Assembly: GCF_009914755.1 (NCBI RefSeq)
Contig: NC_060929.1
From: the human T2T-CHM13v2.0 reference genome, Homo sapiens
Strand: one strand, 5' to 3'
Length of the DNA: 64,000 nucleotides
This document shows positions 31,564-45,326 of the stretch, piece after piece. The notes beneath the pieces were generated by a model that was given only the letters and a program-made list of their open reading frames with translations, was not told where the DNA came from and searched no databases. Position numbers and translations under genes: made by a program. How positions within the stretch are numbered: position 1 is the stretch's first letter; each line of letters starts with the position of its first letter.

Positions 31564-31927
31564 TGTTTGGGACTAATTGTGCCCCCCCAGTTTATATGCG
31601 GAAGCCCCTAGTCCCCATTGTGACTATATTTGGAGATGAGGCCTTTAGAGAGGCAATTAAAATAAAATGAGGTCATAAGGCAGGGCCCTAACCCCGAAGG
31701 ACTGGCGCTCTTATAAGAAGAGGGGAGGCCAGAGCTCTCTGTCTCTTTGCCAGGTAAGAAAACAGCAGCTGCCTACAAGCCAGGAAGAGAGGCCTCGCCG
31801 GAAATCAACTCTAATGACACCTTGGTCTTGGATGTCCAGCCTCCAGAACTTCGAGAAAATAACTTTCTGTTGTTGAAACCACCCGGTCTGTGGGATTTTG
31901 TTGTGGCAGCCCTAGCAGACTAAGGCA
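31564..31927 (+). mobile_element. MaLR solo LTR (MLT1A0-like)
   Basis: TG...CA termini; perfect 5-bp TSD CAGGC at 31559-31563 and 31928-31932; 'aaatgaggtcataagg', 'cagcctccagaac', 'ttgtggcagccctagcagactaa'. Confidence 0.88.
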
Positions 31928-32789
31928 CAGGCCCTAAGCTAGATACTTTCATCCTGGCTTCTCTACTCAGCTCTCGGGCGGCCCTGTGAGGGGGGCATCG
32001 TCCTCGCTGTCCTGGTCTCACCAAGAAGGTGCAAGACTTCAAGAAGCTGCAGGCGGTTCTGTGACTGGATCAAGTTTGCAGAGCTACGGCACAGTTGTCA
32101 AAACACCTTAGCGCTTTGGATCTTCTCTCTCTTAAAAGAAGAGACAGATAAAATGACCACTTTTGAAATTTGCAAGATGCAAATGCTATTAAAGAAATTT
32201 AACAAACAAAAAGAGTTCAGCCAATGAAGTGAGAACTTCTGCTGAAGAATGAACGTGGAGGAGGGAAGAGATGAGACAAACCCCCACGACCTTAGGTGTT
32301 TAGAGCAACTGCGCTTACAATTCTCATAAGGAGCAACAGTTCATTGTAAAGAGGAGTTTGAATTACAATAGATAAAATATAGAAGCACAGCTCCTCTTGA
32401 TCTCTTTTCAATACACAGCAAAGACAAACCTCTTTACCTTCTCTCCAGAGAGGAATGCTGCACCCAGCTAAGAGACAAGGGCGATCCGTTTCTCGTGGCC
32501 TAATAGACAATGTAGGCTAAAAACTCTGGAAGATGCATTCTCTTTCTAAGCATGCCCCTCTGAGTGCAGTGGTCTGCCTGCTCACCAGGTACAAGATGAG
32601 ATAAACATAACTGCCCCCCAGGGCTGCTGAGAGGGGAGTCTCCGTCTCTCACACTTGTGTAGAACCAGGCCCAGCACATCTGTTTGTCCATCCTCCTCAC
32701 ACCGAATATTTTGGGGAGAAAATAATGGAATTATTTCCCACTTGAGAAAAGAAGAGTTGGCAAGCTGCTCTCACATACCATTGAAAGGG

Positions 32790-33975
32790 GAAAATATATG
32801 AGAACGTCTTCAGAAGGTAACTGGCAATATACACTCCACAATCTCAAATGCACATACGCTTTGATCTAGCAACTCCACTCTGAGGAATTCATCCTCAGAT
32901 ATACTTCCACATATGCACAAAAGCATGATGTATGAGGAGAATCACTGCAGCGTCACGTTTAATAGAAAAAGACTGGAAACAATTCCAATGCCCAATAATG
33001 GGAAATGGGTGAAGTGAATTATGGCATACTCATGCAATGAAACTCTATGCAGCCTTTAAAAAGAATGGAGCAAAATGAAGCTATAACAGTAGTAAAAAAA
33101 AAAGCTATAAATTTCTTTTATGTCTGATTTGAGAAAGGCCCTTTATGTATGACACAAACCTCAGAGGCCATAAAAGACTGATAAATGGGAATACATTGAA
33201 AATTTTTTTCATGATGCAAACACAAAACCCCCCAAAGTAGTTAAAAGTATAAAACTATGAGAAAATATTTCCAACCCACATGAAAACTTCCTTAAAACAT
33301 TCCTAGCAATCGGTGAGGAAGATGTGAATAGCCAAAAGAAGAGTGAACCAAGGATAGGACTGGGCCATTTGCCGAAAAGGAAACGTAAGTTTCTCTGAGA
33401 CATACCCAAGTCACCTTTAGTCATAGAGAATCGCAAATGACCTCTTCCCTGGGACGCAGCTTCTCCTCTCTTAGGATAAAGTAGTAACATGAAATAGTAC
33501 CCACTTCCTGGGAAGCACATCCTCAGCTGCACAGAGGAGGCCAGGGTGTGGGTGACATCTCTCCGTGGATGGGAATCAGCGCTGTATCATCACAGACGCT
33601 TGGACCCAGCAGGTCTACATCTAGGAATTTATCCCTCCCATGCACTCACCCCAGTGTCATTTAACGCAGCCATTCAAAAAAAACTAGGACATTCCATGCG
33701 GGAGACAAAACATCTCAGATAGACCATGATGTAGAAACAAGAGACAAAACTGTGTATGTTGTGCTACCGTTGAGTTAAAAAAAAAAAACCAAAAAAACCC
33801 CAACAAAAAACAGGGAGAAAAGACTGGATTTACATATGTGTTTGTTTGCATGAGCCTAAAACACCCTGCCCGGGAGGCAGGGGTGATTGGCACCCAGGCA
33901 AGGCAGTGTGGTTGCTGAAGGACAGGGGTGGTTGGGACTTTTCCCACTGGATACTGTTTTATACCATTTGAATCT
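32790..33975 (+). mobile_element. Cluster of old L1ME fragments
   Basis: 'tgatctagcaactccactctgaggaatt', 'aaaagactggaaacaa', 'acctcagaggccataaaagactgataaat', 'ggacccagcagg..ctaggaatttatcc'. Confidence 0.6.
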
Positions 33976-34062
33976 TTTTTTTTTCAGTTTTATAATTCTT
34001 TTCCCCTATTTTTATTGAAGTATAATTGGCAAATAAAAATGGTATTGCTTGACTGATTGACT

Positions 34063-34246
34063 GGGATAGGGTCTTCCTATGTTGCCCAGGCTGGAGTGCA
34101 ATTGTGATCATAGCTCACAGCAGCCTCCAACTCCTGGGCTCAAGTGATCTTTCTGCCTCAGCCTCGAAAGTAGCTGCGACTACAGGCACATGCCACCATG
34201 CCCTGCTAATTTTTTTTACTTTCTGTAGAGACAGGGTTTTCTCATG
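34063..34246 (-). mobile_element. AluJ interrupted by an MSTA LTR (continuation flipped at 35281-35299)
   Basis: AluJ right arm and linker up to 'gagacagggttttctcatg'; the expected next bases 'ctatgtaacccaggctgga' are the reverse complement of 35281-35299. Confidence 0.8.
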
Positions 34247-34608
34247 TGATATGGTTTGGATCTGTGTCCCCACTCAAGTCTCCTGTTCAACTGTAATCCT
34301 CAGTGTTGGAGGTGGGGCTTGGTGGGAGGTGACTGGATCATGGGGGTGGTTTTAATGGTTTAACACCATCCTCTGGGTGCTGTTCTCATGACAGTGACTG
34401 AGTTCTCGTGCGATCTGGCTGTTTAAAAATGTGTAGCACTTCACCCTTCGCTGTCTCTCTCTCCTGCTCTGCCATGTGAAGATGTGCCTGCTTCCCCTTC
34501 ACCATCCACCATGATTGTAAGTTTCCTGAGGCCTCCCCAGAAGCAGAAGCCACTATGCTTCCCGTACAGACTGTGAAAACGCGAGCCAATTAAACCCTCT
34601 TTTCTTTA
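34247..34608 (+). mobile_element. MSTA-type MaLR LTR, 5' portion
   Basis: 'tgatatggtttggatctgtgtcccc'...'gagccaattaaaccctcttttcttta'. Confidence 0.9.
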
Positions 34609-35232
<624 letters not shown>

Positions 35233-35299
35233 ATACGGATATGGAAACATTAAGTCATACATCTAAAATAGATGCAGTTTTCCAGCCTGGGTTACATAG

Positions 35300-35604
<305 letters not shown>

Positions 35605-35689
35605 TTGTTTGTATTTTTTTCTGAATTTTTTTTGATCTGTGTTTAGCTGAATCCACAGATGCAGAGCTGCAGGTTCAGAGGGCTGACTG
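35605..35689 (+). mobile_element. MER2 3' end
   Basis: 'ctgaatttttttt..gatctgtgtttagctgaatccacagatgcagag..agagggctgactg'. Confidence 0.8.
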
Positions 35690-35897
35690 CGTATTGCGAA
35701 ATGATTGACAGCACTGAGCTAGTGAACATGTTCACCAACTTGTGCAGTGATTATACCACTTGAATGTTGAGTGAGCAAATATCTTACCTATTAAAATTAA
35801 TACAGTAAAATAAAAAGACTGAGGCAGATTTCTATTTCCTGATATGGGATGATTTCCAAGATTTCTTGAAGTATAAAACGCAAGGTGCTGAGCACGC

Positions 35898-36220
35898 TGC
35901 AGCATGGATGAAGCTTGAAATGGTGCTCAGTGACAGACGCAGGCACAGAAGACCCCAGGCTTAGGGCCCCACTCTAAGAAATGTCCAGAATAGGCAAAGG
36001 CACAGAGACGGGAAGCAGAGGAGTGGCCGCCTGGGGTTGCGGAGGGGAGGAGGACAGCCAATGGGTACAGGACTTCTTTTAGGGTGACGATCATGGTCTA
36101 AAGTTGATTGTGATGCTGGCTGCACAATTCTGAACACACTGAAAACCACGAGTGGTGCACTTTAAACAGCTGGAGTCTGCGGTCTGTGAACTGTATATCA
36201 ATAAAGCTGTTATGAAAAAA
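35898..36220 (+). mobile_element. L1MB-type 3' end
   Basis: 'gcagcatggatgaagcttgaaa..aatgtccagaataggcaaa..tgtgaactgtatatcaataaagctgtt'. Confidence 0.82.
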
Positions 36221-37546
36221 AGGCAAGGCGCAGCACAGGGGGTAAAGCATTCCACAGCTTGTTTAAAAGAGGGGGCATTTGTTTGAGGTATGTCTGGGGA
36301 GAACCAGAAGACACCAGGATCGACTGCCTCAGGAGAGGGGCCTGAGCCCTGGAGGCAGGGGTGGGAGGAGGCATTCTGCCTCAGGAATGCATTCCTTCTT
36401 CCCAGAAAGAGAAAGGCAGGGTGCAAAGGGTTAAGGGAGAGAAGGCGAGACACAGGAAAAAAAAGGCAAAGGAAAGCAAAAGTCAGCGCCTCCCCAGTCC
36501 CCACATTAAAGTAGCCATTGCTGCCGGAGCAGAGCCGGCTTGGCTGCCTGAGGAGGAGGCACGCGCCAAACCCAGCAGAGTGATGCCTGGGCAGGAGTTA
36601 CGCACCCTCCCCCGGCCGCCTGGCACCGAGATTGGCTATGCAGCAGGAGGAGATGCCAGGGCTCCGAGCCTCAGGAACCCTGGTGCTGGTCCCCACTGCA
36701 ACCCCCTGGGGTCTGCGCACTGAGCCTCTCCAACCCAGCACACCCGTGCCCACCTCTCCAGATAATTAGAGATGCTGCATAAAAAAAAGTCTAACACAAA
36801 GCCTGACGCTCGTGGATGCTCAACAAAAGTTAGGCTGGCCTTTTCCAAACAGTGCTTCGAGTCAAATGCAAGTATTGTCTAAAGTCTGCAGAAGAAAGGA
36901 AAATGAACGGAGCTAAAGATGTACATCCCTTTACTCGATGCTGTTCTCCTGTTCCCTTCTGTTCTTTCAGTATCTAATTGCATTAAGCACGGGTTCCCTC
37001 CCTGGTGACCTGGGGCTTCCCAGCAGGAAGTGACCTTGAGGGCGCCTGCCCAGTGACCTGCTTTCTGAAGTGCCGGGTAGTGCATCCCCTCAGATGGTGA
37101 CCTCCTTCCCTTCTCACAGGCTTCTGGTCTGTCCACGCCCTCAGGAGAATGCCTTTTCTGTGAGCCGGCGGAAGTGCCTCTGCCCCCTGGGGTCGGGGGG
37201 TCAGCTTGGCTGCAGGGCTGGGGCCGCACAGCCTCGACTCAGAGAACTCACCATGAAATCAGGCCGGGCATGCAGGCTCTTGCTGGGAACAGCACACTGG
37301 GGAACTGTGCGCCTTTGAGGTTTTAACCGTCCGCTGGGGAAACAAGTGAGTTCTTTGAAGGAAAACATATTTTGGAATCTGCTCTGAATGATACCAAGAG
37401 GCAGGCGGCCTCCAGGGGCCAGCCTTTGACTCTAGGCTGATGGGTATCACCCTTGCTTTCACATGTTTGTCCCAAATATAAAGGAATTTACCCATCAGCT
37501 GAAATTTTCAGTTGTTATTTTGCTTAATGTCAGGTCAGATTTAAAA

Positions 37547-38633
37547 TGTGTGTATGTGTGTGTATGTATGTGTATGTGTGTGTGTATGTGTATGTATGTG
37601 TGTATGTGTATGTGTGTGTGTATGTGTGTGTATGTGTGTATGTGTGTTTATGTGTATGTGTGTGTATGTCTAATGTGTATGTGTATGTATATGTGTGTGC
37701 ATGTGTACGTGTGTGTGTATGTGTGTCTAATGTGTGTGTATGTGTATGTGTGTATGTGTATGTATGTGTGTGTATGTATATGTGTGTATGTGTATGTGTA
37801 TATATGTGTGTATGCGTGTGTGTATATGTATGTGTGTGTATGTGTGTGTATGCGTATGTGTATGCGTATGTGTATGTGTATGTATGTCTAATGTATGTGT
37901 ATTGTGTGTATGTGTATGTACGTGTGTAGGTCTAATGTGTGTGTATGTGTATGTGTACGTGTGTATGTCTAATGTGTGTGTATGTGTATGTGTGTATGTC
38001 TAATGTGTATGTGTATGTATGTGTATGTGTGTGCATGTGTACGTGTGTGTGTCTAATGTGTGTATGTGTGTATGTGTATGTATGTGTGTGTATGTATATG
38101 TGTGTATGTATATGTGTATATGTGTGTATGCGTGTGTGTATATGTATGTATGTATGTGTGTGTATGTGTATGTGTATGTATGTCTAATGTGTGTATTGTG
38201 TGTATGTGTATGTGTACGTGTGTATGTCTAATGTGTGTATGTGTATGTGTATGTGTGTATGTGTATGTGTGTGTATGTGTATGTATGTGTGTATGTGTGT
38301 ATATGTATGCGTATGTGTATGTGCGTATGCGTATATATGTGTGTGTATGCGTGTATATGTGTGTATGTGTGTATGTATGTCTAGTGTGTGTGTATGTGTG
38401 TGTATGTGTACGTGTGTATGTCTAATGTGTATGTGTATGTGTGTGTATGTGTATGTGTGTATGCGTGTATGTATGTGTGTATGTGTCTAGTGTGTGTGTG
38501 TCTGTGTACGTGTGTATGTGTCTAATGTGTGTGTATGTGTATGTGTGTGTATGTATGTGTATGTGTGTATGTGTGTATGTGTATGTGTATGTGTATCTGT
38601 GTGTGTGTATGTGTGTGTATGTGTATGTGTGTA
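37547..38633. repeat. ~1.09-kb compound (TG)n/(TATG)n/(TATGTG)n array
   Basis: Read directly; near-continuous purine-pyrimidine alternation. Confidence 0.98.
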
Positions 38634-38949
38634 AACATGATATACCCATGTGTGATTTGTATATAAGCCCCCACTCATATAAAATCTGCACCTATATATT
38701 AAATGTCTGTTTATAAAGGTTCCTGTGAAAACAATTTAAAAATAAAGGGAGAAAATGATCCAGATTCCATCACCTTTACATGACTGTAGTTAATATTTGG
38801 TGTAAATTTTTGTTCAGAACCAGATGTCAAATCCAACTGTCTAATAAAAGGCTTCTGATTTGCTTTGGAAGAGGAAAGGGTGATCTATAAAGACAGAAAG
38901 CACAGAGTCGCAGGATGGCAGCTCTCCAGGCTGAAAGGGGCTTGGGGGT

Positions 38950-39080
38950 CTGGCTCAGTTTTGATTCTGGCACTGCAGTAAATATTCATGCAACCCTGGG
39001 CAAGTCATTTAACCTCTCTCAGCCTCGGTTTCCACCAACACCCCACTTCTGGGTTGCTGCCAAGACAAAATAAGATAGTG
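38950..39080 (+). mobile_element. MIR
   Basis: 'ccctgggcaagtcatttaacctctctcagcctcggtttcc'. Confidence 0.7.
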
Positions 39081-39085
39081 AAGGG

Positions 39086-39380
<295 letters not shown>

Positions 39381-40384
39381 GATCATGAAGGGACTGTCAT
39401 GGCCCCTGTCAGAGTGCAGGTTGCTCATAAGTGTTCATTTTCCTTGTCTGGTTAAATAAAAAGATTCCCGAGAGAGGTGTGGAGTGAAAACCCAGTCTAC
39501 ATTTCTCTCCTGCTGCACGCTGGCTCTGTATGTCCAGCAAATGTTCACTTAGTAAAGTCGCAGAGCTCAGATCTTGTGTGCAAAGCCCAAGCTGGGAGGG
39601 GGCCCAGGCCACTTCTTCGAAGGGAAAGGAGGACAGACAGAAACTCAGAAATAGCCTATTTCTAGGGAGAAGATGGAGCAGGACTGGGATGGCTCCCAGA
39701 AACTAAGCATCTTCCTCAAGGGTGAAGGGAGAGGGAGCAGAGGAGCCCAGTGGAGAACGAGGAGGGCTGCAGAGGAGGTCCGTGGAGCAGGGGTGGGGTT
39801 AAGGGTGAGCTTACGGGAGCGGAAAAGCTTTTCCTGAGGCCAGAGCCTCGGGTGAGACAAGCAGCCGCTCGCATCATAGGTCTTTGGGGGCAACTCCCAC
39901 CCCACAATTCTCTTCCGTGGTCCCATAAGCTTCTCAAATGTCCTGGGATGCCAGCCTGCTGACATGCGAACCACATCTCCAGGGATAGCCTCTCCTGCCC
40001 AGAAGTGGCCCCAAATTCTTCGCCAGACCAAGCACAGAGATTTCTCGGTTGGCCCCAAATTCTTTATCAGACCAAGTGTAGGGATTTCTCAGTTGCGAAA
40101 ACCTAGTCACTGAATTTCACAGAAAGTAGAATAAGAATAGAAACTGCGAAGCTTTTTTTCAAGGAAAGTACGTTTCTTTATTAGATTGCAAAATCTTTTC
40201 CCAGCGGGGACAGGTCAATTTAAAGTGGCGGCAGCCCTGCAAGGATGACGCACACATCCAGGGAGAAGCTGCCATGGGAACCGCATGCTCCTGGGGAGCC
40301 AGGCTGGGCCTCATGTGGGGGGGGATGGAGGGCTGCAGTCGTGCCTAGGGGCCTGCCCGGCAAAGAGCAGGAGAACTGACCGCA

Positions 40385-40565
40385 CACAGATCTGTGTTCA
40401 AATCCCTCACTAGACTGCCAGATGCAGAACTGTTGGCAAACACCTCTCTGAGCCTCGGTGTCCCCACCTTAAAAGTGAGAATTACACCTCCCTATTTGGG
40501 TCATGAAACATAATATGTTTCGAATGAGAAACATACTAGAAACTTGCATGGCACACCTGGTCATG
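40385..40565 (+). mobile_element. MIR
   Basis: 'gttcaaatccc..ggcaaacacctctctgagcctcggtgtccccacc'. Confidence 0.65.
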
Positions 40566-40929
40566 GAGTGTTCAGGAGGTGTTGTCCTCATCCCACACGG
40601 AGCAGGTGCACCGGCTGCTGCTATACTTCTGCTGTGACATCCTTCAGGGAACCGGGGGACCCAAAGAGCTCCACGTCCCTGGGCGGGCCAACAGAGCCAA
40701 TGTGATGGGAGAGAAATGCTACGCACCTGGGGCTTAACCTCGAGCAGCTGTGTGGGCTTTATCAGGCCAACACGACGCTGAAGAACAACAGAAGACGTTT
40801 TTGACATTCGGCTTTGGACTTGGCAAACAGGGCTGGACTGAACACGTCTCAGGGACACACTCTGGCCACATCCTTGCTACATCCAAGCAAAGGCTGCCTG
40901 GAGCTGCTGTCAGGGTCTTTGCTGGGTCT

Positions 40930-41240
40930 CTAGCTATTCTTGTGCCACTCACACCATGTTTTTAAAAAACATTTTTTCTTTAAACTTTCTTACTTAAATA
41001 AAATATATTTTAAAATGAAACCTAAATTACTACCACAAAAGGAAAACCACTCTTCCCTGCCATAAGGTCTATTCTGTTTGTCAAAAAGGAAATTGACAAG
41101 TATTAAAGGAGTGTTAAAGAGGCACTAGGGACAAACTGAGACGATCTCTTGAGTCAGCTGGAAGGATTGGGAGAGATCTGAAGGCTTTTCTCCTGTGGAG
41201 TCACTTGTCTTTGAGTGAATATTGGGTTAAGGCTTTCGAG
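40930..41240. mobile_element. Old hAT-Charlie fossil (MER113-like)
   Basis: 'ttttctttaaactttcttacttaaataaaatatattttaaaatgaaacc..ggaaaacca..gccataa'. Confidence 0.45.
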
Positions 41241-42315
41241 CCCTTGCTCTGAGGAATGATCTTGGTGTGAATGTGGGCACATGTGGCCTGAGGAGGGTAG
41301 AAGCCGATGCTCTTAGAGTCTCGCTCTCCTCATGTCTCCTCACCATTCCTCTGCGGGCTCCACCTCCCTCCTACAGGGCCCTTCTCCCCACCTCCACCTT
41401 CAACCCAACCCCTGGCCCCCTGGCCTTGTCTCCATCATACACCCCCCTACAGGACTCATGTTTTCCTACTGCCTCCACCAGAACCTCTGCACAGCACATT
41501 CCCACCATCACTACCACCCCAACCCTGACGGCTCCCAATTCTTCTCCTGGGATCACCGACTCCATGCTGGACCTGTGACCCCTTGGGAACCGCAGTCACC
41601 TCCAAGACAGGTGCTTTCCCTATGTGTGCTCGAGCCATGCACCGGCTCTCACTGTCTCCTGCTGCAGATGAGCTAAGTAAGGTCCAGCAAGACCAGTCAG
41701 CAGGCGGGCAGGCTCCACATCCTGACATTCCCGCCTCCCCTCCAGGGATTTTCCACCATCTCACTCTGGAACTCTGTCTCCAAACCACAAGCTGACATCA
41801 CACAGGGAGTCACTGGACGCCCCCTAGGAAATGCTGAGTGGGAGATAAAGGAGTAGTGATGCTTATGCAAAGCTTCCCTCCTCCCCTCCTGCAGATACGG
41901 GGTCATTGTTACAAGCAACAAGGAGGCTTCCTAGGTCCAACTTTTAGCGGACGTCGCTGCAGGTGTGGCAGGGCATTGAGGTGGGAACACATTCAGCTGG
42001 TGAGAGGTGGTGTGCAGAGCGGCTCCTCCTGTCCCTGCCTGTGAGCTGTTAGACAGACACACCATTCCCATTTCCACCCAGAGCCCAAGTGAATGGAGGG
42101 AGGCTGAGTTTGGAGCCAGGCGGCTGTGGGTCCGAATAGCGGCTCAACCACAGGCCCCGGGGTTGGTGGGGGCATGTCCCACTGAACCATGGACAGCTCT
42201 GTGTCTCAGTGGGCCCACAGCACGACACCAGCCTCTGGGCTGATACCGAATCCAGGCTAAGCTCACTTCACCGAGGGGTGCCTGTGGCCTGCCAAGCAGC
42301 CACTCTCTCTTTTTT

Positions 42316-42975
42316 TTGCCACCAGCACCTCACTTTTCCTTTGAAGAGCCACCCTCCCCACTCTCAGTCCACCTGGATTTGTTAAGTCTTAGCCTCTCCC
42401 ACCCACCCTTGCCACCGGCAGGTGACTCTGGCCTGGCTCACGGGCACACCCTCATTTTTCTGGCTGCAATGACTGGCTCAGAGTGTAAAATGTCACCCAG
42501 GAGTCTCCGCCATGGGACTTCTGTTGGAACTATTAGACAAGAGGCTTTCTTCCTGCAGCTGCAAGAAAGGAGTAAGGCTAGAACTTTGAAGACTCCACTT
42601 CCTGAAGGTGAAGCCGGCACAGAGGAAAGCATCCCAAGCACTGGGAGAGGCTGCCCGATGGCACAGCCCAGCCCATGGCACAGCCCAGCAGCCCGACCCA
42701 CCCTACAGAAGCCAAATCTATGACACATCCACCCCCACAGCAACCCACCCCCACAGCAACCCACCCCCACAGCAACCCACCCCCACAGCAATCCACTCCC
42801 ACAGCAACCCACCCCCACAGCAACCCACCCCCACAGCAACCCACCCCCACAGCAATCCACTCCCACAGCAACCCACTCCCACAGCAACCCCACATATTTT
42901 GTTTTGTTTTGTTTTTTGGCTTTAAGTCAATTCAAGTTGGCTGTTTTTATGACAAGCAACAGTGTCCTAACAGGT
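42316..42975 (+). mobile_element. Old MaLR LTR (MLT1J/K-like) hosting a minisatellite
   Basis: 'cctttgaagagccaccctccccactctcagtcc', 'gggacttctgttggaacta', ending 'ttaagtcaattcaagttgg..gcaacagtgtcctaac'. Confidence 0.55.
42729..42888. repeat. 16-bp minisatellite (CCACCCCCACAGCAAC)x10
   Basis: Ten contiguous units read directly, with only two variant positions. Confidence 0.97.
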
Positions 42976-44204
42976 GTGAGCAGTATTTTTAGGGAGTCAG
43001 ACAACATAACTGCGGGGCACTAAGCATCAGCCCATGCCCTAGAGTTACAGTGTATCAAGGTTTTATCACATGTTAATTCTGGCCTCTCCTATAGGACCTA
43101 TCATCCTCTTGTTATCTGCTAATTTGATCACTGTATACATTTTGCATCTCCAAGTTGTTGAAAACACTGACAGGATAGCCTAAGTGTAGAACCTACAGTC
43201 CAGAAGAAGAAATACCTCCTGGCTGACACAGTGCACTCACTCATTCACTGATTCACTCACTCCTTCATTCATTCAGTATCTATTGAGTCCTACTACGGGT
43301 CAGTCATAGTTCTAATTAGACTTGTGTGACTATTAACCAACCAGCTACACTCCCAGCCAGACTCTGGTCCCAAATGTCTCCTTTTCAGACAAAAACACAT
43401 TAGGACGTTTTGGTCAGCACCCATATGAAGTCCAAATACACTGGAATTAAACACTCCCTCGACCCACAGTCCCACAGGAGCGCCCCGTCACTCGGCCACA
43501 GAGCCGATGGCTGCTTCACCTCCCCACCGGCTGTGGGTGGCGGCTGCAGGTCTGACACTGGCTCACTGCGCTAGAGTTTCCCGAATCCATCCCTCTGGAA
43601 ACTGGCATGGTTCTGATGGCCTATCCATCACCCTCTGTTCTTCCTCAAAGACACAGCCTATTTCTATGATCACATTAGCAAGTCCTTTCCACACTCTGGC
43701 ACAACCCATCTGGGTGTGGACACGTAGGTTCACGTAATGGGATTTGTCACACGTGGTCAGCACCTGCTATGTGGGAGAACCTCCTAGAACCTCCCCACAC
43801 ACCCTTCGCTTTGCGGCCCTCCTGACTGTTCCCCATCAGACCCCTCCACCTGAGGTAAAAGTGGCAATCCAGGACTCAAGGCACCAGTGGTCTGGCTACC
43901 ACCTCGGTCCCGCCCCGGGTCACATGGGGAGCTCTTCTTTGATCTTGTGCCACATGGACATTTAAAGCCGCGTGTGCTTTTCTGCACATTTCCGCCTGTT
44001 GGTTTCTGGGCCCCTCCCTGGCTTTGTTTCCCTCCCTCCCGCCTAAGCCCACGTCCCTTGTAAGTCTGAGAAGAAAGCTCCACACATGGCCAGAACTGCC
44101 TGCCCCCCGCCCCTTACAGGAAGTCCGTCTTCTTCCTTCTTCCTCCTGATATCTGCTTGCCTCATTTCTAGGTTTTGAATCTCTTGGTTTGGGATTGGCA
44201 GCTC

Positions 44205-44280
44205 CAGGCCCCCAGGAGGGTGAGCTGAGGGTGAAGCAGGCCCACAGGAGGGTGAGCTGAGGGTGGAGCAGGCCCACAGG
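44205..44280. repeat. 32-bp tandem repeat, ~2.4 copies
   Basis: CAGGCCC(A/C)CAGG at 44205, 44237 and 44269. Confidence 0.85.
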
Positions 44281-44484
44281 TGGGGCCCGCCTGTGCAGAG
44301 AGTACTCAGCCTTGGTCCCCTGAGATGCAGGAGCTTGTTCATCTGGTGGAGTTGAGGCCATGATCATCCCTCACGGGCCGTCTTCCTAAGGCTATCTGAT
44401 CCTGCCTCTCCCATCTCCAACATCAGCAGACACCGAATTATAGTTCTAGAAGGGTGGTCGGGGAGGCGCCTGGGAACTCACCCG

Positions 44485-44640
44485 GCCCAGCAGTTGCACC
44501 TTTGATTAGCAGAATCACCCGGACAGCTTTTCCTGTCCCCACTCCAGAGGCTCTGAGTCACGAGGTCTTGGGTGGGCCTAAGGCACCTGGATCTACAAAA
44601 AGTGCCCCCATCCCCCATGACTCTGCTGATGAACTGCACA
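44485..44640. mobile_element. MER5-like fossil
   Basis: 'cagaatcaccc..ccccactccagaggctctgagtca..ggtcttgggtgggcct..ccatgactctg'. Confidence 0.5.
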
Positions 44641-44955
44641 GGGGCTCCCCCTCACCTATGGGGAAGCCGGCACCTTGCAGGTTTCAGGGCACACTGCAGG
44701 GAGCCTGCCCAGGCCCCAGCCTCCAGCAGGCACAGCCAGCATTTCCAGTGCCTGGGGCTGAACTGGCTTGGAAGCCTGGGCTCCGAGCTGCTCACTCACA
44801 ACCCTCGCCAATACAGCCTGAATTTATTAAGCAATGGGCTCTTCCTGTCAGGCGAATAAACAGATGCACAAGCAGATACAGCAGTAAAGAATAAACCGTA
44901 GGGGCAATAACAATCTCTTTGTAATTTCTCTTTGGGGTGGGCTTTATGATGTTGC

Positions 44956-44957
44956 TG

Positions 44958-44995
<38 letters not shown>
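44956..44995. repeat. (TG)20 microsatellite with one CG interruption
   Basis: Read directly. Confidence 0.97.
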
Positions 44996-44996
<1 letters not shown>

Positions 44997-45259
44997 TAAA
45001 TAAGCAAAATTGTTTTCCTGGGACTCCATCCAGGAACATTAGATATGGGGTCCAGCCCCAGCGCACAGGAAACCCTGCTCAGGCAGATGGTGTGGGAGAG
45101 CGAGGTTGTGCTTTGATGCATGGGGTAGAGGAACCCTAGGAGGCACTGAGACCTCGGTGGCTGTCCCAGGCTCTGTCCTCCCTGCATATGGCCTCAGGCA
45201 GCTCAAGGCTTAGCTTCCCACTGGCCTCCTCCCTCCCGGACACTCACGCATTTCAGGTC

Positions 45260-45326
45260 TGACGGGTACCCGCCACCCAATCCCTCTTTCTTTTGACGGG
45301 TACCCGCCACCCAATCCCTCTTTCTT
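45260..45326. repeat. Perfect tandem duplication, period 34
   Basis: TGACGGGTACCCGCCACCCAATCCCTCTTTCTT at 45260 and 45294. Confidence 0.95.

Noticed and set aside
37463-38716. Cys/Val/Met/Tyr-rich and His/Thr-rich ORFs
   Set aside because: These are translations of the TG/TATG array.
42438-42992. Repetitive ORFs in several frames
   Set aside because: These are translations of the stop-free 16-bp minisatellite.
43375-43860. Possible lncRNA exon (acceptor-like TCTCCTTTTCAG ending 43388, donor-like GAG/GTAAAA near 43854)
   Set aside because: Splice-like motifs are frequent by chance and cannot be supported without transcript data.
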